Shown here: piece after piece, positions 1-8,047 of the stretch
Numbering within the stretch: position 1 is the first letter of the stretch
Layout: every line of letters begins with the position of its first letter
Assembly: GCA_963796685.1 (NCBI GenBank)
Contig: CAWCMR010000024.1
Span: 1 to 24,630, forward strand
DNA from: an uncultured delta proteobacterium
GTDB lineage: Bacteria > Myxococcota_A > Polyangia > Fen-1088
DNA length: 24,630 nt
Reading direction: 5' to 3'
Translations under genes and position numbers: made by a program
Notes under the pieces: generated by a model
The model's database searches: none
The model's input: the letters and a program-made list of their open reading frames with translations, nothing else
What the model was told of the DNA's origin: nothing

Positions 1-108
1 GGCGTCTATTTCATCAGAAGGAAAGGCTTCAGCGTCGATCCCCTGCCTCGGAAAGAGGCGATGAAGGATATCGTCGAAATGAAATACGATATGGGGACGG
101 AATCGTAA
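1..108 (+). CDS. Possible 3' end of a gene entering the window (GVYFIRRKGFSVDPLPRKEAMKDIVEMKYDMGTES*)
   Basis: Frame 1 is open from base 1 to TAA at 106-108 and reads like protein. It is too short to assign a function. Confidence 0.35.
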   Translation, partial: GVYFIRRKGFSVDPLPRKEAMKDIVEMKYDMGTES

Positions 109-219
109 GGCATTGCGGTTCGCCAGCTCGGAGAGGAAGATCCGACCGCCTGTCTCGCCGACGAGGTGTCCAGAAATCGACGGTAGCGCGAGGGCGACGG
201 ACAAGAACACCAATTCGAC

Positions 220-248
220 TTGCCCGTGGATGATGCGTGTTTTACATT
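220..248 (+). promoter_or_regulatory. Putative sigma70-type promoter for the leader ORF/TBDR operon
   Basis: TTGCCC (220-225), a 17-nt spacer, then TACATT (243-248); 4/6 match at each box. It lies 22 nt upstream of GTG at 271. Confidence 0.35.
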
Positions 249-270
249 TGGACGCAGAGTGCTCCCAGGC

Positions 271-702
271 GTGAACATAGGCAGGCTGCTCATACCCCGC
301 AAAGGAAGGGCGGCACGGCTTTTCGCGGCAACGCTGATCGTCGCCATGGGGGTTGCGCAGTTCTTGGCGTCGTGGCACGAGGCCACGGTTCGGCACGTGC
401 GCTGCGCAGAGCACGGCGAGGCCATCGACGTCGGAGCCTTCTCGCATCCGGGATCGGCTCCAGCGCGGTACCGGGCAGCCGGTACGGGGATGGAGGGCGC
501 GGATAGTACCGAGACGCCGTCGCACGATCACTGCGCCATTGTCTTTGCATGCCGGGCAAGTGCGCGGGCACGGCTACTGAGGCAGACCATGCGCTTGCTG
601 CCGCCGCCGGTTGTCGTGCGGCCGGCCATCGAACCCGCCTCGCGACCTGGGCGAGCGTTCGTCCTTGCGAGCGCGCCCAAGACCTCTCCACCCGCAGGCT
701 AG
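271..702 (+). CDS. His/Cys-rich exported or membrane-targeted small protein; candidate leader (uORF) with DUF2946/CruR-like architecture
   Basis: GTG at 271 is preferred over TTG at 220, which overlaps the putative -35. Basic then hydrophobic N-terminus (RKGRAARLFAATLIVAMGVAQFLA), motifs WHEATVRHVRCAEHG and SHDHC, and a Pro-rich C-terminus ending APKTSPPAG*. It sits directly upstream of a TBDR. Confidence 0.72.
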   Translation: MNIGRLLIPRKGRAARLFAATLIVAMGVAQFLASWHEATVRHVRCAEHGEAIDVGAFSHPGSAPARYRAAGTGMEGADSTETPSHDHCAIVFACRASARARLLRQTMRLLPPPVVVRPAIEPASRPGRAFVLASAPKTSPPAG

Positions 703-711
703 CGTCCGGTC

Positions 712-750
712 CCCTCTCCTCGCGTGAGCGAGGAGAGGGCTAGGGTGAGG
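712..750 (+). repeat. REP/boxC-like palindromic element
   Basis: Perfect 12-bp stem CCCTCTCCTCGC-GTGA-GCGAGGAGAGGG (712-739) followed by CTAGGGTGAGG. This resembles the widespread CCCTCTCC...GGAGAGGG(C/T)TAGGGTGAGG repeat. Confidence 0.55.
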
Positions 751-926
751 AGAGTCATCTCTCCGTCGACGTGACGCCGTCACGCCCTTCCCCTGTTTGA
801 GCCTGTTTGACGTTGGACCCGCTCGTATTGAGCGTTGGCTTCGGGCGGCCTGCGGCAAGCGTGTATCAAGTCGCTGCCGTCGGCTGTCTGGGTGTTCCCG
901 TTCCTTGGACTTGTCGAGGAGATCCC

Positions 927-3521
927 GTGTCTTCATTTCGCGTTCCTTGTTTCCTATCAGGACTCTGCGTCTTGCTTTTGTCGGAGCCTCTCGCTCGTGC
1001 GCAGGATGGCGGAGTCCCTGCGGTCGAGCCGCCACAGGTCGTGGAAGAGCGGCAGCCCTCATACCCGTTAGAGGCCGCCGCCAGCGGCGCGCGAGGCGAT
1101 GTCGCGGTGAATGTCGAGATCGACGCGGATGGAAACGTCACCGGGGTAGGGCTCGTGCGTGGGGTGGCGCCAGCCCTGGACCGGGCTGCAATCGAAGCCG
1201 CCAGCCACTGGAGATTCAAACCGGCGCTCCGTGGCGACGTCGCGGTGGCGAGCCGCGTGCGATTGCTGTTCCACTTCGAGCCACCGGCCCCGCCGGCTGC
1301 TCCGGTACCGCCACCCAAGCAAGAGACACCTGGCAGCCCAACGGTGATTCCGTCCCCAGCGCCGACACCCCCGCCGCCGACACCAACGCAGGTGCCGACA
1401 GTGCCTGCGCCGCCAGCCGCCCTCGACGTCACGGTGCTCGGCCGCCGCCCACCCGTCAGCCGGGGCGCATCCGATTTCCAAATCCGCGTCGACCAGCTTG
1501 CCGAGGTTCCGCGCGCGAATGCCTCCGAGCTGCTCAAGCTGGCGCCTGGCATCTTGCTGACCAACGAGGGCGGCGAGGGGCACGCCGAGCAGGTGTTCAT
1601 GCGCGGCTTCGATGCGCGCGAGGGACAGGACATCGAGTTCACAGTGGGTGGCGTGCCCATCAACGAGAGCGGGAATTTGCACGGTAACGGCTACGCCGAC
1701 ACCCACTTCATCATTCCCGAATTGGTCGAGTCGCTGCGCGTGCTCGAAGGCCCCTTCAATCCGCGCCAGGGCAACTACGCGGTGGCGGGAAGCGCCGACT
1801 ACCAGCTCGGGCTCTGGCAGCGGGGACTCACCGCCCGCTACACGAGCGGGAGCTTCGGCACCCAGCGCGTGGTGGGTTTGTGGGGGCCGCCGGGCGAGAG
1901 CACGCACACCTTCGGGGCGGCCGAGATTTACAAGACGGAAGGGTTTGGTCAGAATCGGGACGCCCAACGCGCGTCGGCCATGGGCCAGTACGAAGGGCGC
2001 TTCGGAAACAACGGCAACTACCGCATTACGACCCAGGCATATGCCACGCACTTTCACTCGGCCGGCATCGTTCGCGAGGACGACTACCAGTCAGGGAAAA
2101 TGGGCTTTTTCGACAGCTACGACCTCAGCAGCTTCGCGCGCGAGCACGTGCCCGAGGGCGGAGATGCCTCGCGCTACTCGCTGGCCGCGGATCTCGAAAC
2201 CCGCGCCGGGAATACCACCTTTTCTCAGCAGATGTTCGTCATCAAGCGCGACATGCGCCTTCTCGAAAACTTCACCGGGTTCCTGCTCGATGTGCAGGAG
2301 CCGCTGCAGAGCGTACACGACCAGCGCGGCGACATGATCGACCTCGAGGTTCACGAGGTCACCATCGGAGCGCGTGGCGCCGCGCGCGTGCACGGAAACT
2401 TCCTGGGCCAACTCCAAGAGATGGAACTGGGCTATTTCGCACGCGGCGACCAGGCCGCGGGCGTGCAGCAACGCCTGGAGGCATCGACCGGCGTTCCCTA
2501 TCTGACCGACACCGATCTCGTCTCCCAGATCGGAAACATCGGTCTCTACGGCGACGCGAACCTGCGTCCTAGCCGGTGGCTCAGCTTGCGCGGCGGCGCG
2601 CGCGCCGACCTGCTCACTTACAGCGTTCTCAACAACTGCGCCGCTCAAACCGTCGCCCATCCCTCGACCACCAATCCTCCCATCGACCAGAGTTGCCTCA
2701 GCCAGCAGGATTACGGACGGCCGCGCGAGCCCAACCAGGAGACCTCCACGTCGAGCGTCGCGTTCTTGCCGCGCGCCTCGCTGATCGTCGGCCCCTTTCG
2801 CGACGTCACCTTTTCGGCCAGCTACGGCCAGGGCATTCGATCGATCGATCCCTCCTACATCACCCAGGATGTCGCGACGCCGTTCGCGCACATCGTCGCT
2901 TACGAGGCGGGGGCTGGGTACGCCGGGAATATCCGGGACACCACCGTCGTCGCGCGATCGGTCTTTTTTCAGACCGTCGTCGACAGGGATCTCATCTTCG
3001 ACCAAACCGCCGGGCGCAACGTGGTTGGCGTCGGCACCACGCGCTCCGGCTGGGTGGGAGCGTTGCGCTTGACTGGCCGTTTTTTCGACGAGTCGGCGAA
3101 CCTGACCCTGGTGCGCGCGACCTTCAACGACAACCACGAGGCGGTGGCCTACGTGCCGTCCACTGTGTTTCGTTCCGACACCGCGCTCCGCACCCTCCTG
3201 CCGTGGCGCCTGCTCGGGATGCCCGTGCACGCACGACTTAGCGGGGGCGTGACCTTCGTCGGCCAACGCCCGCTGCCCTACGGGGAGGTCAGCGACCGCA
3301 TCTTCACGGTCGACGCGTCGGCCGTCCTTTCTTGGTCGCACTACGAATTGTGGCTCAGCTCGACCAATATCCTCAACACGCAATACCGTCTGGGCGAATA
3401 CGACTACGCCTCGGACTTCCACAGCCAGCCCCAACCGACGTTGGTCCCCGAGCGTGAGTTCGCGGCCGGCGCGCCACGCGCGGTGTTCGTCAGCTTGGGC
3501 ATCAACCTGGGAGGATCGTGA
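927..3521 (+). CDS. TonB-dependent receptor with N-terminal TonB C-terminal-like domain
   Basis: GTG 927 with GAGGAG RBS at 916-921, and signal peptide ending ARA|QDGG. TonB_C-like domain (PSYPLEA...GDVAVNVEIDADGNV...LDRAAIEAASHWRFKPA), Pro-rich linker, plug (MRGFDA...HGNGYADTHFIIPELV...GPF), and a beta-barrel ending GAPRAVFVSLGINL. Confidence 0.95.
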   Translation: MSSFRVPCFLSGLCVLLLSEPLARAQDGGVPAVEPPQVVEERQPSYPLEAAASGARGDVAVNVEIDADGNVTGVGLVRGVAPALDRAAIEAASHWRFKPALRGDVAVASRVRLLFHFEPPAPPAAPVPPPKQETPGSPTVIPSPAPTPPPPTPTQVPTVPAPPAALDVTVLGRRPPVSRGASDFQIRVDQLAEVPRANASELLKLAPGILLTNEGGEGHAEQVFMRGFDAREGQDIEFTVGGVPINESGNLHGNGYADTHFIIPELVESLRVLEGPFNPRQGNYAVAGSADYQLGLWQRGLTARYTSGSFGTQRVVGLWGPPGESTHTFGAAEIYKTEGFGQNRDAQRASAMGQYEGRFGNNGNYRITTQAYATHFHSAGIVREDDYQSGKMGFFDSYDLSSFAREHVPEGGDASRYSLAADLETRAGNTTFSQQMFVIKRDMRLLENFTGFLLDVQEPLQSVHDQRGDMIDLEVHEVTIGARGAARVHGNFLGQLQEMELGYFARGDQAAGVQQRLEASTGVPYLTDTDLVSQIGNIGLYGDANLRPSRWLSLRGGARADLLTYSVLNNCAAQTVAHPSTTNPPIDQSCLSQQDYGRPREPNQETSTSSVAFLPRASLIVGPFRDVTFSASYGQGIRSIDPSYITQDVATPFAHIVAYEAGAGYAGNIRDTTVVARSVFFQTVVDRDLIFDQTAGRNVVGVGTTRSGWVGALRLTGRFFDESANLTLVRATFNDNHEAVAYVPSTVFRSDTALRTLLPWRLLGMPVHARLSGGVTFVGQRPLPYGEVSDRIFTVDASAVLSWSHYELWLSSTNILNTQYRLGEYDYASDFHSQPQPTLVPEREFAAGAPRAVFVSLGINLGGS

Positions 3522-4324
3522 TGCGGAAACGACGTCTCTGGCTTTTCTCGCTTTTGCTCGCGCCGGGCGGCCTTTCGTGCGTGGGGCAAACCGGCGGCAA
3601 CGCCATCGACTTCCCGGTGGCCGCCGCGGGACCGGCGAGCTCAATCCTCGGGCAGCCGCTTGCTTGCACCAACGACGGCAGCTGGGCCATCACGCTGACC
3701 CAGGCGACGCTGCACATCGGGGCCGTCTACCTCGACCAAAGCCAACCGATTTCGGGCGGACAAGCCACCGGCTGCTACCTCACCGGAACCTACGTCGCGC
3801 AGGAGACCTCGGCCCTCGACGTGGATCTCCTGTCGCCCGACCCGCAATGGTTTCCCGCCGACGCCCACGGCATCACCTATCCGCCGGCGCTGGTCGGCCA
3901 GGTTTGGCTGACCCATGGGGATATCAACACCATTGCCGATCGGGTCCCTGTGTTCCAGGTCGCGGGCACGGCCACGCAAGCGGCCAGCACCTATCCGTTC
4001 ACCGCCGCGCTCACCATCGGTTCGAATCGGCAGGCCTCGGGCGGCGCCGTGGCCGGGGGCGATCCCATTTGCAAGGAGCGCATCGTCTCGCCGATTCCGA
4101 CCACGGTGACCATCCAGCCGATCGGCGGGCTACTTCTGACCGTCGATCCGTGCCGCCTGTTCACCAACGTCGACTTCAGCCAGCTGGGGCCGGGCTCGAC
4201 GCCCGGCACGTACGCCTTCAGCGACGATCCGACTTCGGCGGACTACACGCAACCGAGTCGGAACCTGTACGGAAATCTGCGCAATACGGGGCCGTACACG
4301 TTCTCGTGGACCCCGAGTCCATAA
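3521..4324 (+). CDS. Uncharacterised lipoprotein, TBDR-associated
   Basis: TGATG overlap with the TBDR stop and a GGAGGA RBS. Basic N-terminus, hydrophobic core, lipobox-like GLSC, beta-rich body with four further Cys. Confidence 0.85.
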   Translation: MRKRRLWLFSLLLAPGGLSCVGQTGGNAIDFPVAAAGPASSILGQPLACTNDGSWAITLTQATLHIGAVYLDQSQPISGGQATGCYLTGTYVAQETSALDVDLLSPDPQWFPADAHGITYPPALVGQVWLTHGDINTIADRVPVFQVAGTATQAASTYPFTAALTIGSNRQASGGAVAGGDPICKERIVSPIPTTVTIQPIGGLLLTVDPCRLFTNVDFSQLGPGSTPGTYAFSDDPTSADYTQPSRNLYGNLRNTGPYTFSWTPSP

Positions 4325-4345
4325 GCACAGAAGGAGATGAAAGAA

Positions 4346-5698
4346 ATGACAAAGAGAGATCAGAGAATGCGAACCAAGACCTTGATGATCGGAGCGGTCG
4401 CCGTCGTCGCCGCCGGGTTGGGAGGCTGTGGGAGCAGCAGCTCGACGCCGGGCGCGGGTGGGGCGACCACGGCCGGCGGTGCGACCGACGCAGGCGGGTC
4501 CGCCAATGCTGACGGCGCCACCGGCGCGGGCGGATCGGGCGTCACGGGCTTCACACCGCCCGTGGATCCAGGCCCGGGCGGAATTCTCTTCGCGGCCTCG
4601 GGCGAGGTTCTTGCGCTCACGGGCTACGCCTTTCCGCCCGTGAACGATGGCGATCCCGCCTTCGTGGACGGTTGGCAGGTAAGTTTCACGCGCCTGCTCG
4701 TGACCATCGACAAGATCGTCTTGTCGAGCAACCCGGACGTCAGTCCCGGCAACCAGGCGCTCACCGGGCCGGCGCCCGGCAGCGTGGGCGGCGGGCTGGT
4801 CGCCGAGGTTGACGGGCCCTGGGCGGTCGACCTCGCTCACGGCGATCCCAGCTACCTTCCCGGCAAAGGCGGACCGGGCGAAGAAGCGGTGCCCATCGTG
4901 GCGCTCAGCACCCAGAACAAGAACGGCAACAAGCCGTTCGCCACCGACGGCACCCGCTACGCGTTTGGGTTCGATGTGGTGCCCGCGAGTGCGAGCGCGC
5001 TCAAGGTGAATCTCGATAGCGCGGCCATGTCCGACTACCAGCAAATGGTTGCCGACGGTTGCGCCGTGCTTTACGTCGGAACCGCCACCTTCAAAGGCGG
5101 TACGGTTCCGGGACACACGGATTGCAATAGCGGCATTTACGCCACATGGCCGACCACGGTGAACTTTCATCTCTGCTTCAAGTCGCCGACCACCTACGGG
5201 AACTGCCAAAATCCCGACAACGATCCGGCGCAGGCCTTCCCCGGCGAAGAACACGAGCGCGGCATTGCGTTCCTGGCCAGCCAATCGGTCATCGGGCAAG
5301 TCACCATTCACACCGATCACCCGTTCTGGGACAGCGTGCTCCACGACTCGCCCATGCACTTCGATCAGTTCGCCGCGCGCGTGGCCGGCCAACTGGACGC
5401 GGGCGTGCCCACGGTGACGCTACCAATGACCCAGGGGGTGGACTACACCGCGTACACGGATGTGCTCGGCAATCATCTCGACTGGCGCTACTGCATGGAT
5501 CCGCCGACCGACGTTCACCCGCAGTTCACCGGAGCCATGGCTTTCGATCCGCAAAGCGTGCCCCATGCCACCGGGAACGACCCCTCCACCGGGCTGCGCG
5601 ACTACTACGACTACGCGACCTACGACCAGAGCACACAAGGGCACCTGAACTCGGACGGGCTGTGCGCGGTCGAGCGGCACTACCCATCGCCCCAATGA
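4346..5698 (+). CDS. Uncharacterised lipoprotein with His cluster (putative metal-binding)
   Basis: AAGGAG at 4331-4336 favours ATG 4346 (alternatives 4337, 4367). Lipobox LGGC, Gly/Ala/Thr-rich tether, DGWQVSF motif, TIHTDHPFWDSVLHDSPMHFD and QGHLN. Confidence 0.88.
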   Translation: MTKRDQRMRTKTLMIGAVAVVAAGLGGCGSSSSTPGAGGATTAGGATDAGGSANADGATGAGGSGVTGFTPPVDPGPGGILFAASGEVLALTGYAFPPVNDGDPAFVDGWQVSFTRLLVTIDKIVLSSNPDVSPGNQALTGPAPGSVGGGLVAEVDGPWAVDLAHGDPSYLPGKGGPGEEAVPIVALSTQNKNGNKPFATDGTRYAFGFDVVPASASALKVNLDSAAMSDYQQMVADGCAVLYVGTATFKGGTVPGHTDCNSGIYATWPTTVNFHLCFKSPTTYGNCQNPDNDPAQAFPGEEHERGIAFLASQSVIGQVTIHTDHPFWDSVLHDSPMHFDQFAARVAGQLDAGVPTVTLPMTQGVDYTAYTDVLGNHLDWRYCMDPPTDVHPQFTGAMAFDPQSVPHATGNDPSTGLRDYYDYATYDQSTQGHLNSDGLCAVERHYPSPQ

Positions 5699-5706
5699 GG
5701 TAATCC

Positions 5707-6429
5707 TTGAGCACCATCGAAACGGTCAAGCGGATTCTGCTCGCCTCGGGAGCGGGCTGGGTCCTCTGGTTCCTTGGGGCGCTGTCGATGGCCAGCCTTG
5801 CGCTGGCCGTCGAGCGCTGGCTGTATCTGCGCCGGCGCGGCGGGGATCTCGAGAGGCTGGCGCGCGAGCTCGACGAGCACTTGTCGAGCGGCGACTTCGC
5901 CAGCGCGCGGCGCGTGCTCGAAGCCAGCTCCTCGGTGGCGGCGCGCGTGGCGGACGCGGGACTGCGTCTCGCCGAGCGTGGCACCGAGGCCGCCGAGAAA
6001 GCCATGCAAAGCGCGGCGGCGCTCGAGCGCGGTCGGCTCGAACGCTGGCTTGCCTTCTTGGCCACCGTGGGTAACAACGCGCCCTTCGTGGGGCTCTTCG
6101 GCACTGTAGTGGGCGTCATCCACGCCTTCGAGGAGCTCGGTCACTTCGCGCCCGGCCACGCCGCGGCTGCCGGCCAGGTGGCCTCGCAGGCGGTCATGTC
6201 GAGCATCGCCGAGGCCCTGGTGGCGACCGCGGTTGGCATCTTGGTCGCCTTGCCCGCGGTAGCGGCCTACAACTACTTGCAGCGGCGGGTAACGGCCTTG
6301 CTCTCCGGGACCGAGGTGCTCACCAACCTGGTGCTCGCGTACCTCGCGGATGGTGCGCGTGGGCCGCACCAGGCGCCTCGTTTGCGCGAAGTGAAGGACG
6401 TGAAGGAGGCGAAGGATGGCGGCACCTAG
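5707..6429 (+). CDS. exbB: MotA/TolQ/ExbB proton channel protein
   Basis: Motifs FLATVGNNAPFVGLFGTVVG and IAEALVATAVGILVALPA, three TM segments, TTG start with GAGG RBS. Confidence 0.93.
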   Translation: MSTIETVKRILLASGAGWVLWFLGALSMASLALAVERWLYLRRRGGDLERLARELDEHLSSGDFASARRVLEASSSVAARVADAGLRLAERGTEAAEKAMQSAAALERGRLERWLAFLATVGNNAPFVGLFGTVVGVIHAFEELGHFAPGHAAAAGQVASQAVMSSIAEALVATAVGILVALPAVAAYNYLQRRVTALLSGTEVLTNLVLAYLADGARGPHQAPRLREVKDVKEAKDGGT

Positions 6430-6838
6430 CGGACAGTCTGCGAATGGAATCATCTCGGGCATCAACGTCACCCCGCTGGTGGACGTGATGCTGGTGTTGC
6501 TGGTGATCTTCATCGTAACCGCGAAGATCATCGTGACCCCGGCGGTGCCACTCGATCTGCCGCACGCGGCCCACAGCGAAGAGGTCCAGGTCATCCTATC
6601 GGTGATCGTACCGGTACGCGGGCCGATGTTGGTCAACGGCGCCGCCCTGCCGAACGACGAGGCGCTCGAGGACAAGGCGCGCGCGGCGTTGGCCGGCGAT
6701 CGCGATCTGCGCGCGGTCATCCAAGCCGATGGCGACGTGCCCCACCGGCGTGTGATTCACGTGCTCGACCTGCTCAAGGGCGCAGGCCTGACCCGGGTGG
6801 CATTCGGTGCCCTTCCGGACGAGCAGCAGAAGCAGTGA
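6416..6838 (+). CDS. exbD: Biopolymer transporter ExbD/TolR
   Basis: INVTPLVDVMLVLLVIF with the essential Asp, and VIQADGDVPH...VIHVLDLLKGAG. Overlaps exbB. Confidence 0.93.
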   Translation: MAAPSGQSANGIISGINVTPLVDVMLVLLVIFIVTAKIIVTPAVPLDLPHAAHSEEVQVILSVIVPVRGPMLVNGAALPNDEALEDKARAALAGDRDLRAVIQADGDVPHRRVIHVLDLLKGAGLTRVAFGALPDEQQKQ

Positions 6839-6848
6839 GGCATCTTTC

Positions 6849-7673
6849 ATGCGCTATCCTTTGCTAACTAAGCCCGTGGACCGTTCACCGCGCATCGTCG
6901 ATTTGGTCTTCCTCGCCGAGCCTGCCGGCCGATGGAGGCGTCTGGCCCTGGGTGGCGTGGTTGTGCTGGGGCTCTACGGTGGCGCCTTCGCGCTGGTGAG
7001 CCGCCTGGGCGACTCCCTCGCGCCGTGGAGCGCGGAGATGGCCGCGCGCATTCACGAGGCTATCGCGATGGAGCGTGCAGTCGAGGTGACGCCGCCGCCA
7101 CCGCCACCCGCGCCGCCTCCTCCCGCGCCCGCGCCGGAGACGTCGCGCGTCGCGGTCTCGCGATCCGCGCGGGTGCCTCACGCGCAGCCAGCTCGCGCGA
7201 CGCCGCCCGCGCAGGCGGGGCAGATCGTGGCCGCAGCGCCGGCCCCACTCGATTTCACGGGCATGGCATTCATCGTCGGCTCGGGCACTTCCTACGCAGG
7301 CGGTACAACGACCAGCAGCGGAACCAGCCGAAAGGCGGCGCTGGGTCCCGTGGCCCCCGCCGTACCCAAGAGGGCACCTGTCGGGGTGCGCAGCAAAGCC
7401 CGTCCGGTCACGCTGGACCAATCCGCCTGGAACTGCCCCTGGCCGGCCGAAGCCGATGCCGAGCAGATCAACGAGCAGACCGTGGTGCTGAAGGCCAGGG
7501 TGGGCGCCGACGGTCGAGCCGGGCACGTGGACGTGCTGAGCGACCCCGGATTCGGATTCGGCTCGGCCGCCCGCCTCTGTACCCTGCGCACGCGCTTCGA
7601 GCCGGCACTCGATCCCGAAGGCCAACCTGTCGCCGCCGAGTCGCCTCCCATCCGGGTACACTTCTATCGGTGA
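6849..7673 (+). CDS. tonB: Energy transducer TonB family protein
   Basis: N-terminal TM segment, polyproline tract, C-terminal TonB domain (CPWPAEAD...VGADGRA...DPGFGFGSAARLC...RFEPA). Follows exbBD. Confidence 0.85.
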   Translation: MRYPLLTKPVDRSPRIVDLVFLAEPAGRWRRLALGGVVVLGLYGGAFALVSRLGDSLAPWSAEMAARIHEAIAMERAVEVTPPPPPPAPPPPAPAPETSRVAVSRSARVPHAQPARATPPAQAGQIVAAAPAPLDFTGMAFIVGSGTSYAGGTTTSSGTSRKAALGPVAPAVPKRAPVGVRSKARPVTLDQSAWNCPWPAEADAEQINEQTVVLKARVGADGRAGHVDVLSDPGFGFGSAARLCTLRTRFEPALDPEGQPVAAESPPIRVHFYR

Positions 7674-7981
7674 TGGTCGACATGCGCTTGCGCCGATGGT
7701 TCCTTCTGGGCATCCTCCTCGTTGTCGGATTCGCGGGTTGCAGCCGACACCCGGCGAGCCCGGACGAGTGCGCGGCCATTCTCCACCGACTCATCGATCT
7801 CGAGCTCAGCGAGTCCGGCTACCACGACCCGGTCCTGCGCGTGCGTTGGCAACAGGACCTCGCCCGTCGCTTTGCACCCGATCTGGATCGCTGTCGGGGC
7901 CGTGCCGTGCGCTCTTCCCTGCGGGCCTGCCTGGCCACGGCCCGGAATTCGGAGGAGATAGCCCACCGGTGTCTCGATTAA
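7673..7981 (+). CDS. Small Cys-rich helical lipoprotein (102 aa)
   Basis: TGATG overlap with the tonB stop, lipobox in MVDMRLRRWFLLGILLVVGFAGC, and four further Cys. This is the tail of the 6932..7981 ORF. Confidence 0.75.
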   Translation: MVDMRLRRWFLLGILLVVGFAGCSRHPASPDECAAILHRLIDLELSESGYHDPVLRVRWQQDLARRFAPDLDRCRGRAVRSSLRACLATARNSEEIAHRCLD

Positions 7982-8047
7982 TTGCAAATGAGTATCCAGA
8001 AACTCCAATCGCTTGGCTTCATCCACTCTGCTATCCCTTTGCTCGTC

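Noticed and set aside
268-295. Possible NikR operator (TCATAC half-site at 290-295)
   Set aside because: The partner half-site does not match GTATGA at 16-nt spacing.
6-425. 139-aa minus-strand ORF and the many other long overlapping ORFs in the six-frame track
   Set aside because: They are shadow frames of well-supported genes in GC-rich DNA, with Arg/Ala/Pro-rich composition and no recognisable motifs.
1282-1420. CCG-rich quasi-repeats here and at about 7090-7140
   Set aside because: Explained by Pro-rich linkers in the TBDR and TonB; not DNA repeat arrays or CRISPR.
3485-3521. TBDR lacks a terminal aromatic residue (ends INLGGS)
   Set aside because: The last codons double as the RBS and start of the next gene, and the alternating final beta-strand is intact.
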